Of a DNA stretch of 64,000 bases, positions 1-10,685 are shown piece after piece. Under the pieces are notes generated by a model. It was not told the DNA's origin. It ran no database searches and was given only the letters and a program-made list of their open reading frames with translations. Source of the DNA: a virus (Duplodnaviria > Caudoviricetes). The DNA lies in the IMG/VR virus record IMGVR_UViG_3300021400_000095. The stretch is one strand, 5' to 3'. The translations under genes were made by a program, and so were the position numbers. Each line of letters opens with the position of its first letter. The stretch's first letter is position 1.

Positions 1-1421
1 GTATTTTCTTCTTGGTATTTATAAATGTTTTTGGTTGTATATCCTGTGCAGGTTCTATTCATTATTGGGAAATAATTAATATTTGACCAATCTTGTCTGC
101 CAGTTAATGTGACTTTTGTTCCTTCAATCCAATCCTTAACAGTAAAGCCTTCTGGTGTTCTATCAAACATAAGGAACTTGTTGTCTGATTCAATTTCATA
201 ATAACCTTTCTTTGTAATTAAATGACCAAATGTATCAGCAATTTGATTTTCATTAATGGTTGCATCTTCCATTAAATATGTATCTTCAATTGATTTTGGA
301 CCATTATAACATTGGTCATCATAATATTCTGAATTAATATGGTCATCATCACAATTACATGGGCCTAATGGTTCCTTACATTTATTTTTTCCCTGACAGC
401 AATATGAATTTTCTTCATATTTATACTCATAAAGACTACTGATATGCCAATCATAATCAGGAATGGATGTTATATTACATTCACAACCATCTTTTGGTAT
501 ATATGGTTTATATTTTTTCTTTGGCTTTGGTTTTTTGCATTTATTGCAATCATTAGTTCCCTTATCATCATAATATTCAGGGTCAATATGATTATCATCA
601 CAAGGGTCAGATTCTTCTGGAACAATATCTCTTAAATATTCATCAAACACAACATGGTTTTCCAAATCAAGGGTTTCACCACTTTCACCACAAATGGATG
701 GGTCAAGATAACCATCATTTTTAATTGATTTTATTTTAAGTTCTTCTGTTGTTGCAGAATCCATTTTATATAAGTTGGCAAATTTATTTTCTGCTCTTGT
801 TCCCATATAAAAGAATATTCCTTTATTTTCAGGATGAAGTGCATTAATAGTATCACCACCAATTTCATAATCTGTTCTTGGTCTTAACACAAAATGCAAG
901 TTCCATTCAACATCAGGACCATTTGGAAGTGTTTGATAATCAAAACCAAAGAGTTTATAAAATCCTTGATAGAAGCCACCTTTGAGTGCAAGATATTTTT
1001 CAGTTTCATTTTCTTCAAGAAACATTGGATATGAGAATTGTTGTGTGTTTCCTGTTACTGGTGTAAAGAAAAATCTTGTATCACCTGATGGAATATCATA
1101 GGTACTTCCTGTTAATATTTTAAGGAAATCATAATTTGAAATCCTATCTCTTTCAAATCTTATAAGCCCATTATCAGGTCCTGTAAACCCAATATCTTCC
1201 ATTAATGTTCCATTGTTTACTGCATCTTCCCATACAACATCTGAATAGAGAATACCATCCTCAATATTCAAATTTGAAAAATCTGAAATTAAACATTTAT
1301 TAATGTCTGCATCACCATAGGTTTCACCCTTATAAAGCATGAAATCCCAATATTCATCCCTATATATTTTGCAATCAATGCTTCTAACATTATTATTTTT
1401 TATATTTTGATATGTAAGCAT
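1..1421 (-). CDS. Large hypothetical protein, probably virion-associated (runs off window start)
   Basis: ATG at 1421 (MLTYQNIKNNNVRSIDCKIYRDEYWDFMLY); frame spot-checked as open near both ends; preceded by the ACTATTTAT motif. Confidence 0.7.
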   Translation of the reverse strand, partial: MLTYQNIKNNNVRSIDCKIYRDEYWDFMLYKGETYGDADINKCLISDFSNLNIEDGILYSDVVWEDAVNNGTLMEDIGFTGPDNGLIRFERDRISNYDFLKILTGSTYDIPSGDTRFFFTPVTGNTQQFSYPMFLEENETEKYLALKGGFYQGFYKLFGFDYQTLPNGPDVEWNLHFVLRPRTDYEIGGDTINALHPENKGIFFYMGTRAENKFANLYKMDSATTEELKIKSIKNDGYLDPSICGESGETLDLENHVVFDEYLRDIVPEESDPCDDNHIDPEYYDDKGTNDCNKCKKPKPKKKYKPYIPKDGCECNITSIPDYDWHISSLYEYKYEENSYCCQGKNKCKEPLGPCNCDDDHINSEYYDDQCYNGPKSIEDTYLMEDATINENQIADTFGHLITKKGYYEIESDNKFLMFDRTPEGFTVKDWIEGTKVTLTGRQDWSNINYFPIMNRTCTGYTTKNIYKYQEEN

Positions 1422-1516
1422 AGTTAAGATACTATTAGTCCTATATAAATAGTTTTTACAAAGGTATTATTTGTTTGTGTGCAATATTTTTTGTATTTTT
1501 GTAAAAAATATTATTG

Positions 1517-2167
1517 ATGGATAAAATAGAATCAGAAAATCTACTTAAAGAAATTGTGTTCACTGATGACTTCAATGAACTAAAAGAGTGGAAAATGAAA
1601 AAATATGAGATTTTAACTGAGTCATTAATTGATGAAGCATATGAAATAATGCATTGTTTTCAGCAAAAAATGCCAAATGTAAAGGGTGTAAATTTGAAAT
1701 CTATGATTTTGTATAATTATTTACTACAATTTCAAAAAACTTATGAGAATTTTAGTCACTTTTTCTTTTATGGAATGTATATAACATATTCATTTGAAAT
1801 GGCTGCAAATGTATCATCAGTTTCAAGTTTTATTGGTGAATATTTTAAGAATAGAAACAAAAATGAAATAACAACTAAAGAATACCTTTCAGCATTAGAA
1901 AAATGTGATAAATATGATGCATATGTTGAAGTATTAAATTGGCTTGCAAATAGCAAACCAAATTCAAATGATATTGATTATATCAAAAAATGCATGACAG
2001 GAACATTTAAAAACATGTTTGGTGAAGGAGAAGAAATTACATTATATAATTCAGAAACTTTTAATGTAGAAGCATTTATATATAAGACAAAACAAGATAT
2101 AATTAAAAAATGTCAAGAAACAATTGAAAAAATGCATACAAATATAATGAACTTTTTAGAAAATTAA
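1517..2167 (+). CDS. Hypothetical protein
   Basis: ~216 aa ORF downstream of a TAnnTTTG promoter. Confidence 0.75.
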   Translation: MDKIESENLLKEIVFTDDFNELKEWKMKKYEILTESLIDEAYEIMHCFQQKMPNVKGVNLKSMILYNYLLQFQKTYENFSHFFFYGMYITYSFEMAANVSSVSSFIGEYFKNRNKNEITTKEYLSALEKCDKYDAYVEVLNWLANSKPNSNDIDYIKKCMTGTFKNMFGEGEEITLYNSETFNVEAFIYKTKQDIIKKCQETIEKMHTNIMNFLEN

Positions 2168-2180
2168 AATTTAAAAATAT

Positions 2181-3356
2181 ATGGAAAAATCAGAACTTAA
2201 TAACAATACTGTTATCAAAAACATTTCATGTGACCAAAGTGAAATTCTTTACAATATTATGCAATTGCATAATAATGGTCAGCCATTTGAATGTGACATA
2301 ACAGCAAGTGAACTAAAATTTTACAAGAAAGGAAAAAAAGATAAATATGATATTCCTATTCCTAAAATTTTAATGGATGTTTATCCACTGAGAGAAGATA
2401 TTATTAAAATTACACCATTTCAGAAACTACCATTGGAAGACAATAGTATTTCAAGTATTGTTGTTGATTTACCTTTTGTTATTTCACCTAGAGATTGTAA
2501 GTCAAAAATTGAGAATAAGGATGGTAGTAATCTTATAAGTAATAGATTTTCTTCTTTTTACCCAGCTGATGAGTTATTTGAAAACATATATTGGTGGATA
2601 AAAGAATGTTATAGAGTTGTTAAGGATGGTGGAATTGTTGTTTGGAAATTTCAATCAACTGTAAGTGGAGGTAGAGAGTGCTGGGGTGCACCTTTTTCAT
2701 TTATGGTTGCTGATAAGGTTGGCTTCTACATTAAGGATGAATTTATTCTTGAAGCCAAGGCAAGACTTATTTCAGCATCAAAAATAAATAAGCAAAAACA
2801 TGCAAGAAAATACACATCTACTTTCTGGGTTTTTCAAAAAGACCCTGTTTTAGCAGGAAAAAATAGTTGTTTCAGATGGCTTGAATTATGTGAAAAGCAA
2901 AATCTTGAAGGAAAGGTTTGGGATAATACAATGAAAAATAAAGAAATTAACAAAGAACTTGACCTTAAATATATTTCTAAAAGCAAAAGAAGACAACATA
3001 AAGATAAAAATATAGAAGAGAGTACTATGTTTGAGTTAAATAGAGAAAAATATAATAAGAAAATAGAAGAAGAAACTAAACTTACTTATTATGAGCAAAT
3101 AAAGCAAAAAGTAAGAGAAAGACATCAGAATCATGAAGAAAATAAAAATGTTGTTGAAGATAAAAAGCCTGATGTTATAGAAGAGGTTAAGAAGATAAAT
3201 AAGATTCAACAATTTTCTTTGGATGGAAATTTAATTAAAGAATGGAATACATATTCTGAAATCACAAAGGAATTAGGTATTTCAAGTTCATCATTGTCAC
3301 AATGTATTAGAGGAAAAATCAAGACAAGTGGTGGATATATTTGGAAAAAGATTTAA
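2181..3356 (+). CDS. DNA methyltransferase-like protein fused to C-terminal NUMOD1 DNA-binding domain
   Basis: LPLEDNSISSIVVDLPF (DPPF-like) and ECYRVVKDGGIVVWK; C-terminal IQQFSLDGNLIKEW...CIRGKIKTSGGYIWK is NUMOD1-like. Confidence 0.7.
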   Translation: MEKSELNNNTVIKNISCDQSEILYNIMQLHNNGQPFECDITASELKFYKKGKKDKYDIPIPKILMDVYPLREDIIKITPFQKLPLEDNSISSIVVDLPFVISPRDCKSKIENKDGSNLISNRFSSFYPADELFENIYWWIKECYRVVKDGGIVVWKFQSTVSGGRECWGAPFSFMVADKVGFYIKDEFILEAKARLISASKINKQKHARKYTSTFWVFQKDPVLAGKNSCFRWLELCEKQNLEGKVWDNTMKNKEINKELDLKYISKSKRRQHKDKNIEESTMFELNREKYNKKIEEETKLTYYEQIKQKVRERHQNHEENKNVVEDKKPDVIEEVKKINKIQQFSLDGNLIKEWNTYSEITKELGISSSSLSQCIRGKIKTSGGYIWKKI

Positions 3357-3410
3357 TAAATGTATTAGTTTGGTATAATTTTTGTAGTTATCTAAATAAA
3401 ATTTTTTAGT

Positions 3411-4439
3411 ATGGCTGAAAAAAATTATTATGAAATATTAGGTGTTCAAAAAACTGCAACTGATGATGAAATAAAAAAAGCATTTAAAAAATTGGCAATG
3501 CAATTTCACCCTGACAGATTTGCAGGGAAGCCTGAAAAAGAACAGAAGGAAGCTGAAGCAAAGTTTAAGGACATTAATGAGGCATATCATGTTCTATCTG
3601 ACCCTAAAAAAAGACAAGAATATGATAATCCAACACCTGAAGGATTTTCTGGTTTTCCACCAGGTTTTGACCCATTTGGTGTTTTTAGAAGAAGAAGTAG
3701 AAATGTAATGAATATTGGGTCTGATGTTCTTATTAACATGCAGATTTCAATTTATGAAGCATATTCAGGAATAAAGAAAAAAATAACATATCAGAGAGAG
3801 GAACATTGTCCTGATTGTAATGGTACAGGTTCTATTGATGGTAAAGAAGTTGCTTGTCCTCATTGTGGTGGTACTGGTATGATTAAGCAAGAATCAGTAA
3901 ATGGTTATATGCATACCATTAACATGACTCCATGCCCATATTGTAATGGTACAGGAAAAATTGTACAAAATCCTTGTAAATCCTGTAATGGAACAGGTTT
4001 GAAATTAAAGACTGTTACTGAAGAAGTTGAAATTCCAAAGGGTGTTTTTAATGGTGCACAGTTACAAATAAATGGTTTAGGTAATGCACCAAAGGGTAAT
4101 GGATATAATGGGAATTTAATTCTTAATGTTAGTATTGCACCTGACCCATACTTTACATTAGACAATAAAAGTTTTGACATTATTCATTATGAAAACATTA
4201 AATTTAATGAAGCAATGTTGGGTTGTGAAAGAGAGATTAGGTTTATTGATGGAACAACCAAGAAGTTAACAATACATGAATGTACAAAGGACAAAGAAGT
4301 AATTGTATATCATGGTAAGGGAATGTTTAATGTTCAACAAAATTATGGTTATGGTGATTATAGGGTAATTATCAATTATATTTATCCTACAACACTTAAT
4401 AAGGACCAAAAAAAGATGTTGGAGGAATTTAAATGGTAA
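3411..4439 (+). CDS. dnaJ: Chaperone DnaJ
   Basis: J domain with HPD, four CxxCxGxG zinc-finger repeats, C-terminal domain. Confidence 0.95.
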   Translation: MAEKNYYEILGVQKTATDDEIKKAFKKLAMQFHPDRFAGKPEKEQKEAEAKFKDINEAYHVLSDPKKRQEYDNPTPEGFSGFPPGFDPFGVFRRRSRNVMNIGSDVLINMQISIYEAYSGIKKKITYQREEHCPDCNGTGSIDGKEVACPHCGGTGMIKQESVNGYMHTINMTPCPYCNGTGKIVQNPCKSCNGTGLKLKTVTEEVEIPKGVFNGAQLQINGLGNAPKGNGYNGNLILNVSIAPDPYFTLDNKSFDIIHYENIKFNEAMLGCEREIRFIDGTTKKLTIHECTKDKEVIVYHGKGMFNVQQNYGYGDYRVIINYIYPTTLNKDQKKMLEEFKW

Positions 4440-5107
4440 AAGAAATTATAATTGGAACTGATTTAATTGATGAAATTAAATTATATGATGTAATTTTAGT
4501 TGGAACAACAATAAAAAATGCATTAGGAAATGGTTTTCAACATAAAATAGCAATTAATTTCAGGAATGTTTTGTTAGAAAATGAAAAAACAAAATATGAT
4601 GACCCAAGAAAATTAGGCACATGTAAAGTTGTCACTACATATCAAAAAGAAGGTTTTCCAATATTTGTATTATGTTATATAACAAAAGGAAGATATAGAC
4701 CTGATAAAAAACCTGATGCTCTTGATTATAATGCTTTAAGGTCCTGTCTTGAATTGGTCAATGAACATTTTAAGGGGAAAAAAGTTGCAACAACATTAAT
4801 AGGTAATTCTCCATTTGAAGGTGGTGGTGATGATAAAAAAATATATGAAATAATTGCAGATACTTGTGATGATATTGACTTATATATATATGATTATCTT
4901 CAAGAAGATTATGTAAAAGAAGATAAAAAAAGATTTGTTGAAATTGTAAACAATAGAAATGAGGATAAAATCACAAGAGAGGAATATGAAGAAAAAATGA
5001 AACAACTTTTATGGGAAGAAAATTTTGGTATATACAATAAAATGCCAGAAAATGTTTCATTATATGAATTAAAGAAAAAAATTAAAGAAATAAAATCACA
5101 ATGGTGA
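4433..5107 (+). CDS. Macro-domain-like protein
   Basis: N-x-LGNGFQ..IA, LGTC, DYNALRSCL, LIG...GGGD resemble phage Macro domains. Confidence 0.5.
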   Translation: MVKEIIIGTDLIDEIKLYDVILVGTTIKNALGNGFQHKIAINFRNVLLENEKTKYDDPRKLGTCKVVTTYQKEGFPIFVLCYITKGRYRPDKKPDALDYNALRSCLELVNEHFKGKKVATTLIGNSPFEGGGDDKKIYEIIADTCDDIDLYIYDYLQEDYVKEDKKRFVEIVNNRNEDKITREEYEEKMKQLLWEENFGIYNKMPENVSLYELKKKIKEIKSQW

Positions 5108-5136
5108 TTGGTATAATTTTTGTAATATAAAAAAAT

Positions 5137-5610
5137 ATGAAAGAAATAGTTATTTTAAGTTTAGTTTTATTTTGCTTGATTGTTTTTGGCATATTGGCAA
5201 CTTATTATGATAGAACTAATATGTCAGTATTGTATAATCCTGAAAGTTTTGAAACCAATATTTTATTTAATAACTTGGACAGAGAGATTGAGTTTAAAAT
5301 TAAAAATCTGAGTATCAAGAGTGAATATAGAAGAGTGTTATATAGAATTAAACCAAAAAATATTTTTGAAAAAATATTTAATAAATGGAGATATTTTTAT
5401 GGTGAACACTTTGGATTATATGATGTTAGTGAATTTGAATTTTACAATGAAAAATGTAAAACTGTAAAAGATGTACTTCTTGCAGAATCTGAAAATTGTG
5501 AAATATTAAAATATTTTGCTATGGATGATGGTTGGGAAAAATATTCAAAAGTAAAAAATAAAAAAGAAAAATTTAAAGAAAAAATTAAATTATTAAATAG
5601 TGAAAAATGA
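5137..5610 (+). CDS. Hypothetical membrane-anchored protein
   Basis: N-terminal hydrophobic helix. Confidence 0.7.
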   Translation: MKEIVILSLVLFCLIVFGILATYYDRTNMSVLYNPESFETNILFNNLDREIEFKIKNLSIKSEYRRVLYRIKPKNIFEKIFNKWRYFYGEHFGLYDVSEFEFYNEKCKTVKDVLLAESENCEILKYFAMDDGWEKYSKVKNKKEKFKEKIKLLNSEK

Positions 5611-6077
5611 TTGGAACATTAACTTTTAAAAAATTTACAGGTGAAAAACTTGAAAATGTTGAAGAATATATAAAGGATTATTGTAAAGACCACAATAATA
5701 TTGAAATAATGGTTGGAACTGATTCACAAAATAAGGGTGGAAAAACTTACTACTCAACTGTTATTGCATTATATACACCAGGCCATGGTGCACATTGTAT
5801 TTTTAAAAGATGGAACACACCAAGGGAAAGGATTAGAAATATAAGACTTATGAATGAAGTTGCAGCAAGTGTTGAAACTGCTGAAAGTATATACCATTAT
5901 AATGGTTGTCCAAAGCCAAAATATATTGACATTGATATTAATCCTAATCCAAAATATAAGTCAAATGAAGTTTATGCAGCAGCAAAAGGCTGGTGTGAAG
6001 GTCTTGGTTATGAAGTAAGATTTAAAACTCTTGGACCACTTGTAACAACATTGGCTGATTGGCTTGTTAAAAACTAA
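5607..6077 (+). CDS. RNase H-like YkuK (DUF458) family protein
   Basis: IMVGTDSQ, RLMNEV, IDIDIN, C-terminal AD motifs. Confidence 0.8.
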   Translation: MIGTLTFKKFTGEKLENVEEYIKDYCKDHNNIEIMVGTDSQNKGGKTYYSTVIALYTPGHGAHCIFKRWNTPRERIRNIRLMNEVAASVETAESIYHYNGCPKPKYIDIDINPNPKYKSNEVYAAAKGWCEGLGYEVRFKTLGPLVTTLADWLVKN

Positions 6078-6098
6078 AATATAAAAATTAAAATAATT

Positions 6099-6599
6099 AT
6101 GTACAAAAAAATTATATTTCTTGATATTGATGGTACAATGTCTTCAATTCCTTTTCTTTGTAAAGGAAAAGGGTTCATTGACCCTGAATGTGTCAAGAAA
6201 TTAAACACATTAAAAGATATTGATGCTGAAATTGTAATCAGTTCAACCTGGGGAGAAGATGCAGATGAGCCACTTATGGAACTTGGATTAGAAATACCAA
6301 TTATTGACCATACTGAACATTTTCATGTAGATTGGCTTTGTAGAGGTAATGAAATTGAGAAATGGCTTTGTGTTAATTTTGGTGGAATGTGTACAAAATA
6401 TGGAGTTTCAAACGATGACGGTATTCCATATTATAGAAAGCATTTTCATGAAGAAGATATTGATTATGAATATGTTATATTTGATGATGATACTGATTTC
6501 CTTCTTGGCCAAAAAGACAATTTCATTCATGTTAATGAGCAAACTGGCATCACTGATGAAGATATAGAAAAAGCAAGGAACATTTTAACTAGAAAATAA
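6099..6599 (+). CDS. HAD-family phosphatase (RNA-repair type)
   Basis: IFLDIDG, IVISSTW, RGNEIEKW, YVIFDD motifs. Confidence 0.85.
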   Translation: MYKKIIFLDIDGTMSSIPFLCKGKGFIDPECVKKLNTLKDIDAEIVISSTWGEDADEPLMELGLEIPIIDHTEHFHVDWLCRGNEIEKWLCVNFGGMCTKYGVSNDDGIPYYRKHFHEEDIDYEYVIFDDDTDFLLGQKDNFIHVNEQTGITDEDIEKARNILTRK

Positions 6600-6651
6600 G
6601 TACATTAGGTATAATTTTTGTAATATAACTTATATATAAATCATAACAACA

Positions 6652-7161
6652 ATGACAAATAAATTAATTTTAACTGATGAGCATATTAAACTTATTAAAA
6701 ATATTAAGTTTAATGAATTTGACATGGGTGAAACATTCAATATTGATTTCCTTCTAAATGCAATTGAAGAAATTGAATCTTGTCCAGAAAACATGAAGAA
6801 ATATGGACAGCTCAGGGACCAACTTGTAAGGCTAAAAGATAAAATACTTAATATATCAGACCTTAAAGAATGTCATGCTTGGGGAATTAATCAGTGGAAT
6901 CTTTTTGGTGGTACTTATGTAATGGAAGATGTTGCTCTTATTTTGGGGCATTATGGTGATTTTATTCCTGGAACTGAAGAAAGCCCAATGGGTAAACAAT
7001 ATCCAAAGGAACTTGAAGACCATTTTTGGGAATTGTATTTATATATTGTTGAAAATCTAACTGATATTATTAAATTGGTTTTGCAATTTATGGACTGTGG
7101 TGGTATTAGTGCAGGTGAATATAAATTTGATAAAAAAGAATATTGTTGGGTTAAAAAATAA
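6652..7161 (+). CDS. Hypothetical protein
   Basis: 169 aa ORF in operon. Confidence 0.75.
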   Translation: MTNKLILTDEHIKLIKNIKFNEFDMGETFNIDFLLNAIEEIESCPENMKKYGQLRDQLVRLKDKILNISDLKECHAWGINQWNLFGGTYVMEDVALILGHYGDFIPGTEESPMGKQYPKELEDHFWELYLYIVENLTDIIKLVLQFMDCGGISAGEYKFDKKEYCWVKK

Positions 7162-7167
7162 AAAATT

Positions 7168-7602
7168 ATGCTTCTTACACTTATATTATTTGCAATTTTG
7201 TTTTGTAGTATTTATTCTGTAATTTCAGCATCAAAAGATGTAGGAATAGATGATTCACCAGGCCTTTATTTGTTAATATTTTATTTCCATCTAATTTTAC
7301 TTGGTGCATGTGTTTATTGTGTTGTTGATTTATCAGATAACAAAACTGAGTATTTTGAATTCCAAAAAGAATATGCAGAAGTTGAGTATTTGGTTAAAAC
7401 TTATAACATAGACTTTGATGAAAATGGTGATTATTTACTTGACATTAAAGAGAAAGTATTTTATATTAATCAAAAAATTGAAAAGTGTAAAAAAAAGGTG
7501 AATAATCCTTTCTGTAAAGAGTTTTATCCTAAAGAAATTGCTGAAGCAGAACCTATTAATTTTGATTTTAATAATTTAATAAAAGTAAATAACAATGAGT
7601 GA
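7168..7602 (+). CDS. Hypothetical membrane protein
   Basis: Two N-terminal hydrophobic segments. Confidence 0.7.
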   Translation: MLLTLILFAILFCSIYSVISASKDVGIDDSPGLYLLIFYFHLILLGACVYCVVDLSDNKTEYFEFQKEYAEVEYLVKTYNIDFDENGDYLLDIKEKVFYINQKIEKCKKKVNNPFCKEFYPKEIAEAEPINFDFNNLIKVNNNE

Positions 7603-7897
7603 ATTTTGTAAAATTTGTGGGGCAGAAAAAATAGAAGGTGTTTGCCCAAATGCAGAAATGCATATTAAGAAAATGTGTATTAATTGCAATAGTTGTAATG
7701 AAAAAGATAATTTAATGTTTTGTAACAATGAAGATAATCTTAAAGATGCAACAAATGCAATGTTGAAATATGTTCCAAAGGGTTATTTAGTTGAAACATT
7801 AACTTTAAGCCCTATTGCACTTAAAGACCCAACTAAAAAGTGTATAAGATGGACTCTTAATGAAAACATTGTTCTATCTGAACTTGAAAATCTTTAA
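7595..7897 (+). CDS. Cys-rich, possibly zinc-binding protein
   Basis: CxxC motifs. Confidence 0.65.
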   Translation: MSEFCKICGAEKIEGVCPNAEMHIKKMCINCNSCNEKDNLMFCNNEDNLKDATNAMLKYVPKGYLVETLTLSPIALKDPTKKCIRWTLNENIVLSELENL

Positions 7898-7934
7898 TTT
7901 TTATTTTAAAATAACTTAAATTAAAACTTTTAAT

Positions 7935-8798
7935 ATGGATTTAAAAACTATTAAAGGTAGTCTTACTGTTAGAAATGACACAATTAACAGCTATCTTAAA
8001 GATATAAACAAATACCCTGTTCTTTCTGCTGATGAAGAAAATGAACTAATCAGTTTAATCAGAGAAAATAATGAACATTCAAAAGAATATAGAGATAAAT
8101 TGATTAGTTGTAATCAGAGATTTGTCTTTGCTATTGCAAAAAGATATTGCTCTGATGAAAGAGTACTTGACCTTGTTGATGAAGGAAATATTGGACTGAT
8201 GGAAGCAATAGATAAGTATGACCCAACTGTTGGTGTCAGATTCCTTTCCTATGCTGTTTGGTATATCAGAAGAAGTATTAACTATTACTTAATTAATGAT
8301 AACCTCATGATTAAGAAATCAAATAATATGAAACTTGGTACAAAAACAAGTACCATTGAAAATAAATTCTTCTGTGAAAATGGTAGATATCCAAGTGATA
8401 ATGAAATTATTGATATCTTAAAAAATGAATATGATATTGATATTAATAATAAAATTGATGTTATTGAAGTAAAAACTAATTCCATTAACTCAACCCTTAC
8501 TGAAGATAATACATCATGTACTGTTGAAAATTCTTCTGAATTTGTTGATAAAACTGCAAGTTATAATGACTATGAAAAACAAATGGAAAAAGAACATGCA
8601 ACTAAAACTGTTGAACATTACCTCTCTTTCTTGAATGAAAGAAATGCTACAATCCTTAAAATGAGTTATGGCATTGGATATAATAAAGAATATACTAACT
8701 ATGAAATTGCTGAAGAACTAGGCTTGTCTTCTGAAAGAGTTAGACAACTTAAAACTGAATCAATGCAAAAACTACAAAAAGCAGCAAAATATAATTAA
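7935..8798 (+). CDS. RNA polymerase sigma-70 family factor
   Basis: Region 2 DLVDEGNIGLMEAIDKYD...FLSYAVWYIR; region 4 EIAEELGLSSERVRQL. Confidence 0.93.
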   Translation: MDLKTIKGSLTVRNDTINSYLKDINKYPVLSADEENELISLIRENNEHSKEYRDKLISCNQRFVFAIAKRYCSDERVLDLVDEGNIGLMEAIDKYDPTVGVRFLSYAVWYIRRSINYYLINDNLMIKKSNNMKLGTKTSTIENKFFCENGRYPSDNEIIDILKNEYDIDINNKIDVIEVKTNSINSTLTEDNTSCTVENSSEFVDKTASYNDYEKQMEKEHATKTVEHYLSFLNERNATILKMSYGIGYNKEYTNYEIAEELGLSSERVRQLKTESMQKLQKAAKYN

Positions 8799-8803
8799 TA
8801 ATA

Positions 8804-8831
8804 AAAGGCTCAGAGACAAATCTGAGCCTTT
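8804..8831. terminator. Bidirectional intrinsic terminator
   Basis: AAAGGCTCAGA-gacaaa-TCTGAGCCTTT between convergent genes. Confidence 0.75.
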
Positions 8832-8935
8832 ATCTTTAATATATACATTTTTATTGTTAATTTATGATGGATTTACAGTACTAAAATAGATGTTCTCTGG
8901 GTAGTTTCCATTACATGCTTCATAAAATATCTTCA

Positions 8936-10537
8936 TCAAACCTTTCCCTGCATAACTACAAAATCTGTAGAACCAGAACATTCTTCATATAAACTGGTTG
9001 CTGGTAATGTTGCATAAACAGTGTAAAAACCAACTACAAGACCTGATATAGTAAAACTTGCTTGACCTTCAATAACTGAACTTGTATATGTTGTCCCATT
9101 AACTGTAATGCTGCAATCCCCAACATAATCCTCAAAGGTATAAACTGTTATTTCTACTGGACTATTTGGGGCAGCATCTCCTACTTCAATAGATATTACA
9201 TTAGTACTCTTAGATATCCACCCTGTAGGAATACCAGATGTACCTGTTGTCCATCCTGTCATTGATGGGTCTTTTACAAATGTACCAGTACTTGCCACAC
9301 TACTTACCCAATCTGTTGTACAACCATTTGCAGAAATATCAGTTGCTAAACATTTGATATAGTTTAAATTACTACAACCATTAAACATACTTTCATAACA
9401 ACTTTCTGTTAATGTAGTTGCAGGTAATACAGGTGCTGTTGTTAAACTAGTACATCCAGCAAACATATAACTATAACAATAAGAACCTAAAGTAGTATCT
9501 GATAATACAGGTGCTTGAATTAAATTAGTACAACCTTGGAACATTCCATAATAGCAACCTGATGTTAATGTAGTAGCTGGTAATGCAGGTGCAGTTACTA
9601 AACTAGTACAACCATAAAACATTTGACTATAACAACCATCTGTTAATGTTGTTGCTGGTAATGCAGGTGCTGTTGTTAAACTAGTACAACCATAAAACAT
9701 ATAACTATAGCAATAATCTGCTAATGTAGTTACTGATAATTCTGGTGCTGTTGTTAAAGTAGTACAACCACTAAACATACCACAATAACAACTGTTTGCT
9801 AAAGTAGTTGCAGGTAATTCTGGTGCACCTGTTAAACTAGTACAACCTTGGAACATATAAAGACAAGCATAGTCAGCCATTGTAGTTGCAGAAGTTCCAA
9901 TACTACTTGGACTTTGTGCTAAACTAGTACAGTCTTCAAACATATATTGATAACACTTTTCTGATAAAGTGGTTGCAGGTAAAAGTAATTCACTTGCATC
10001 AATTAAACCAGTACATCCATAAAACAAGCCAGCAAATGCATATCTATCAGACAATGTTGTTGAACCAGTATTAATTAAACTCATTATATTACCTTTAGCA
10101 CTAAAACTACATGTACTTCCACTAAAACAGTTATAAGAAGAATTTGTTCCATATGCTGTATTATTACCCCTAAATTGGACTGTATCACCAGAAACTACTG
10201 AAATACTAGTACCACCTGTTGTTGATGTTATTGATGTCCATTCACCTCCATTCTTACTATATTCTATGGTTCTTGTTGGAGCACTTGTTCTTGTTTTTTT
10301 CCATGTAATATCACCATCACTTTGAATTTCAAATGTCAATGGTGTTTCAAGAAATTTTTCCTCTTCAGTTTTATTATAGTCAACTCTTGCAACATCAGGT
10401 ACTTCTTCATCAGTTACAGGAATATTTTCATCAAGATTGTACTCAGTTAAACTGAGCCATGGTTCATCATAATTTTCAACTGACCTTTTGTTATCAAAAG
10501 AATTTTCATTATTGAAATAAAGTATGTATTTACTCAT
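8936..10537 (-). CDS. BspA/TpLRR-type leucine-rich repeat protein with C-terminal Ig-like domain
   Basis: ~9 repeats of MFxGCTSLTTAPELPATTLxxxCY; paralog of 59866. Confidence 0.85.
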   Translation of the reverse strand: MSKYILYFNNENSFDNKRSVENYDEPWLSLTEYNLDENIPVTDEEVPDVARVDYNKTEEEKFLETPLTFEIQSDGDITWKKTRTSAPTRTIEYSKNGGEWTSITSTTGGTSISVVSGDTVQFRGNNTAYGTNSSYNCFSGSTCSFSAKGNIMSLINTGSTTLSDRYAFAGLFYGCTGLIDASELLLPATTLSEKCYQYMFEDCTSLAQSPSSIGTSATTMADYACLYMFQGCTSLTGAPELPATTLANSCYCGMFSGCTTLTTAPELSVTTLADYCYSYMFYGCTSLTTAPALPATTLTDGCYSQMFYGCTSLVTAPALPATTLTSGCYYGMFQGCTNLIQAPVLSDTTLGSYCYSYMFAGCTSLTTAPVLPATTLTESCYESMFNGCSNLNYIKCLATDISANGCTTDWVSSVASTGTFVKDPSMTGWTTGTSGIPTGWISKSTNVISIEVGDAAPNSPVEITVYTFEDYVGDCSITVNGTTYTSSVIEGQASFTISGLVVGFYTVYATLPATSLYEECSGSTDFVVMQGKV

Positions 10538-10639
10538 AATTTATATAATTTTTATACAAATATAAATAGTAAATAAAAAATAAAAAATCCATAACCTGCG
10601 GAGTATCAATGGGTTATGCCCATTGCTTTATAAAACAAA

Positions 10640-10663
10640 AAAAGGAGCATTACTGCTCCTTTT
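10640..10663 (-). terminator. Intrinsic terminator
   Basis: AAAAGGAGCA-ttac-TGCTCCTTTT with an A-run to the left. Confidence 0.7.
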
Positions 10664-10685
10664 CAATCAAGAATAATTAAGGTAT

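Noticed and set aside
1443-1453. T4 late promoter TATAAATA
   Set aside because: Relative to the downstream genes the motif always reads as the reverse complement (ACTATTTAT), so it is not a T4-type element in the T4 orientation.
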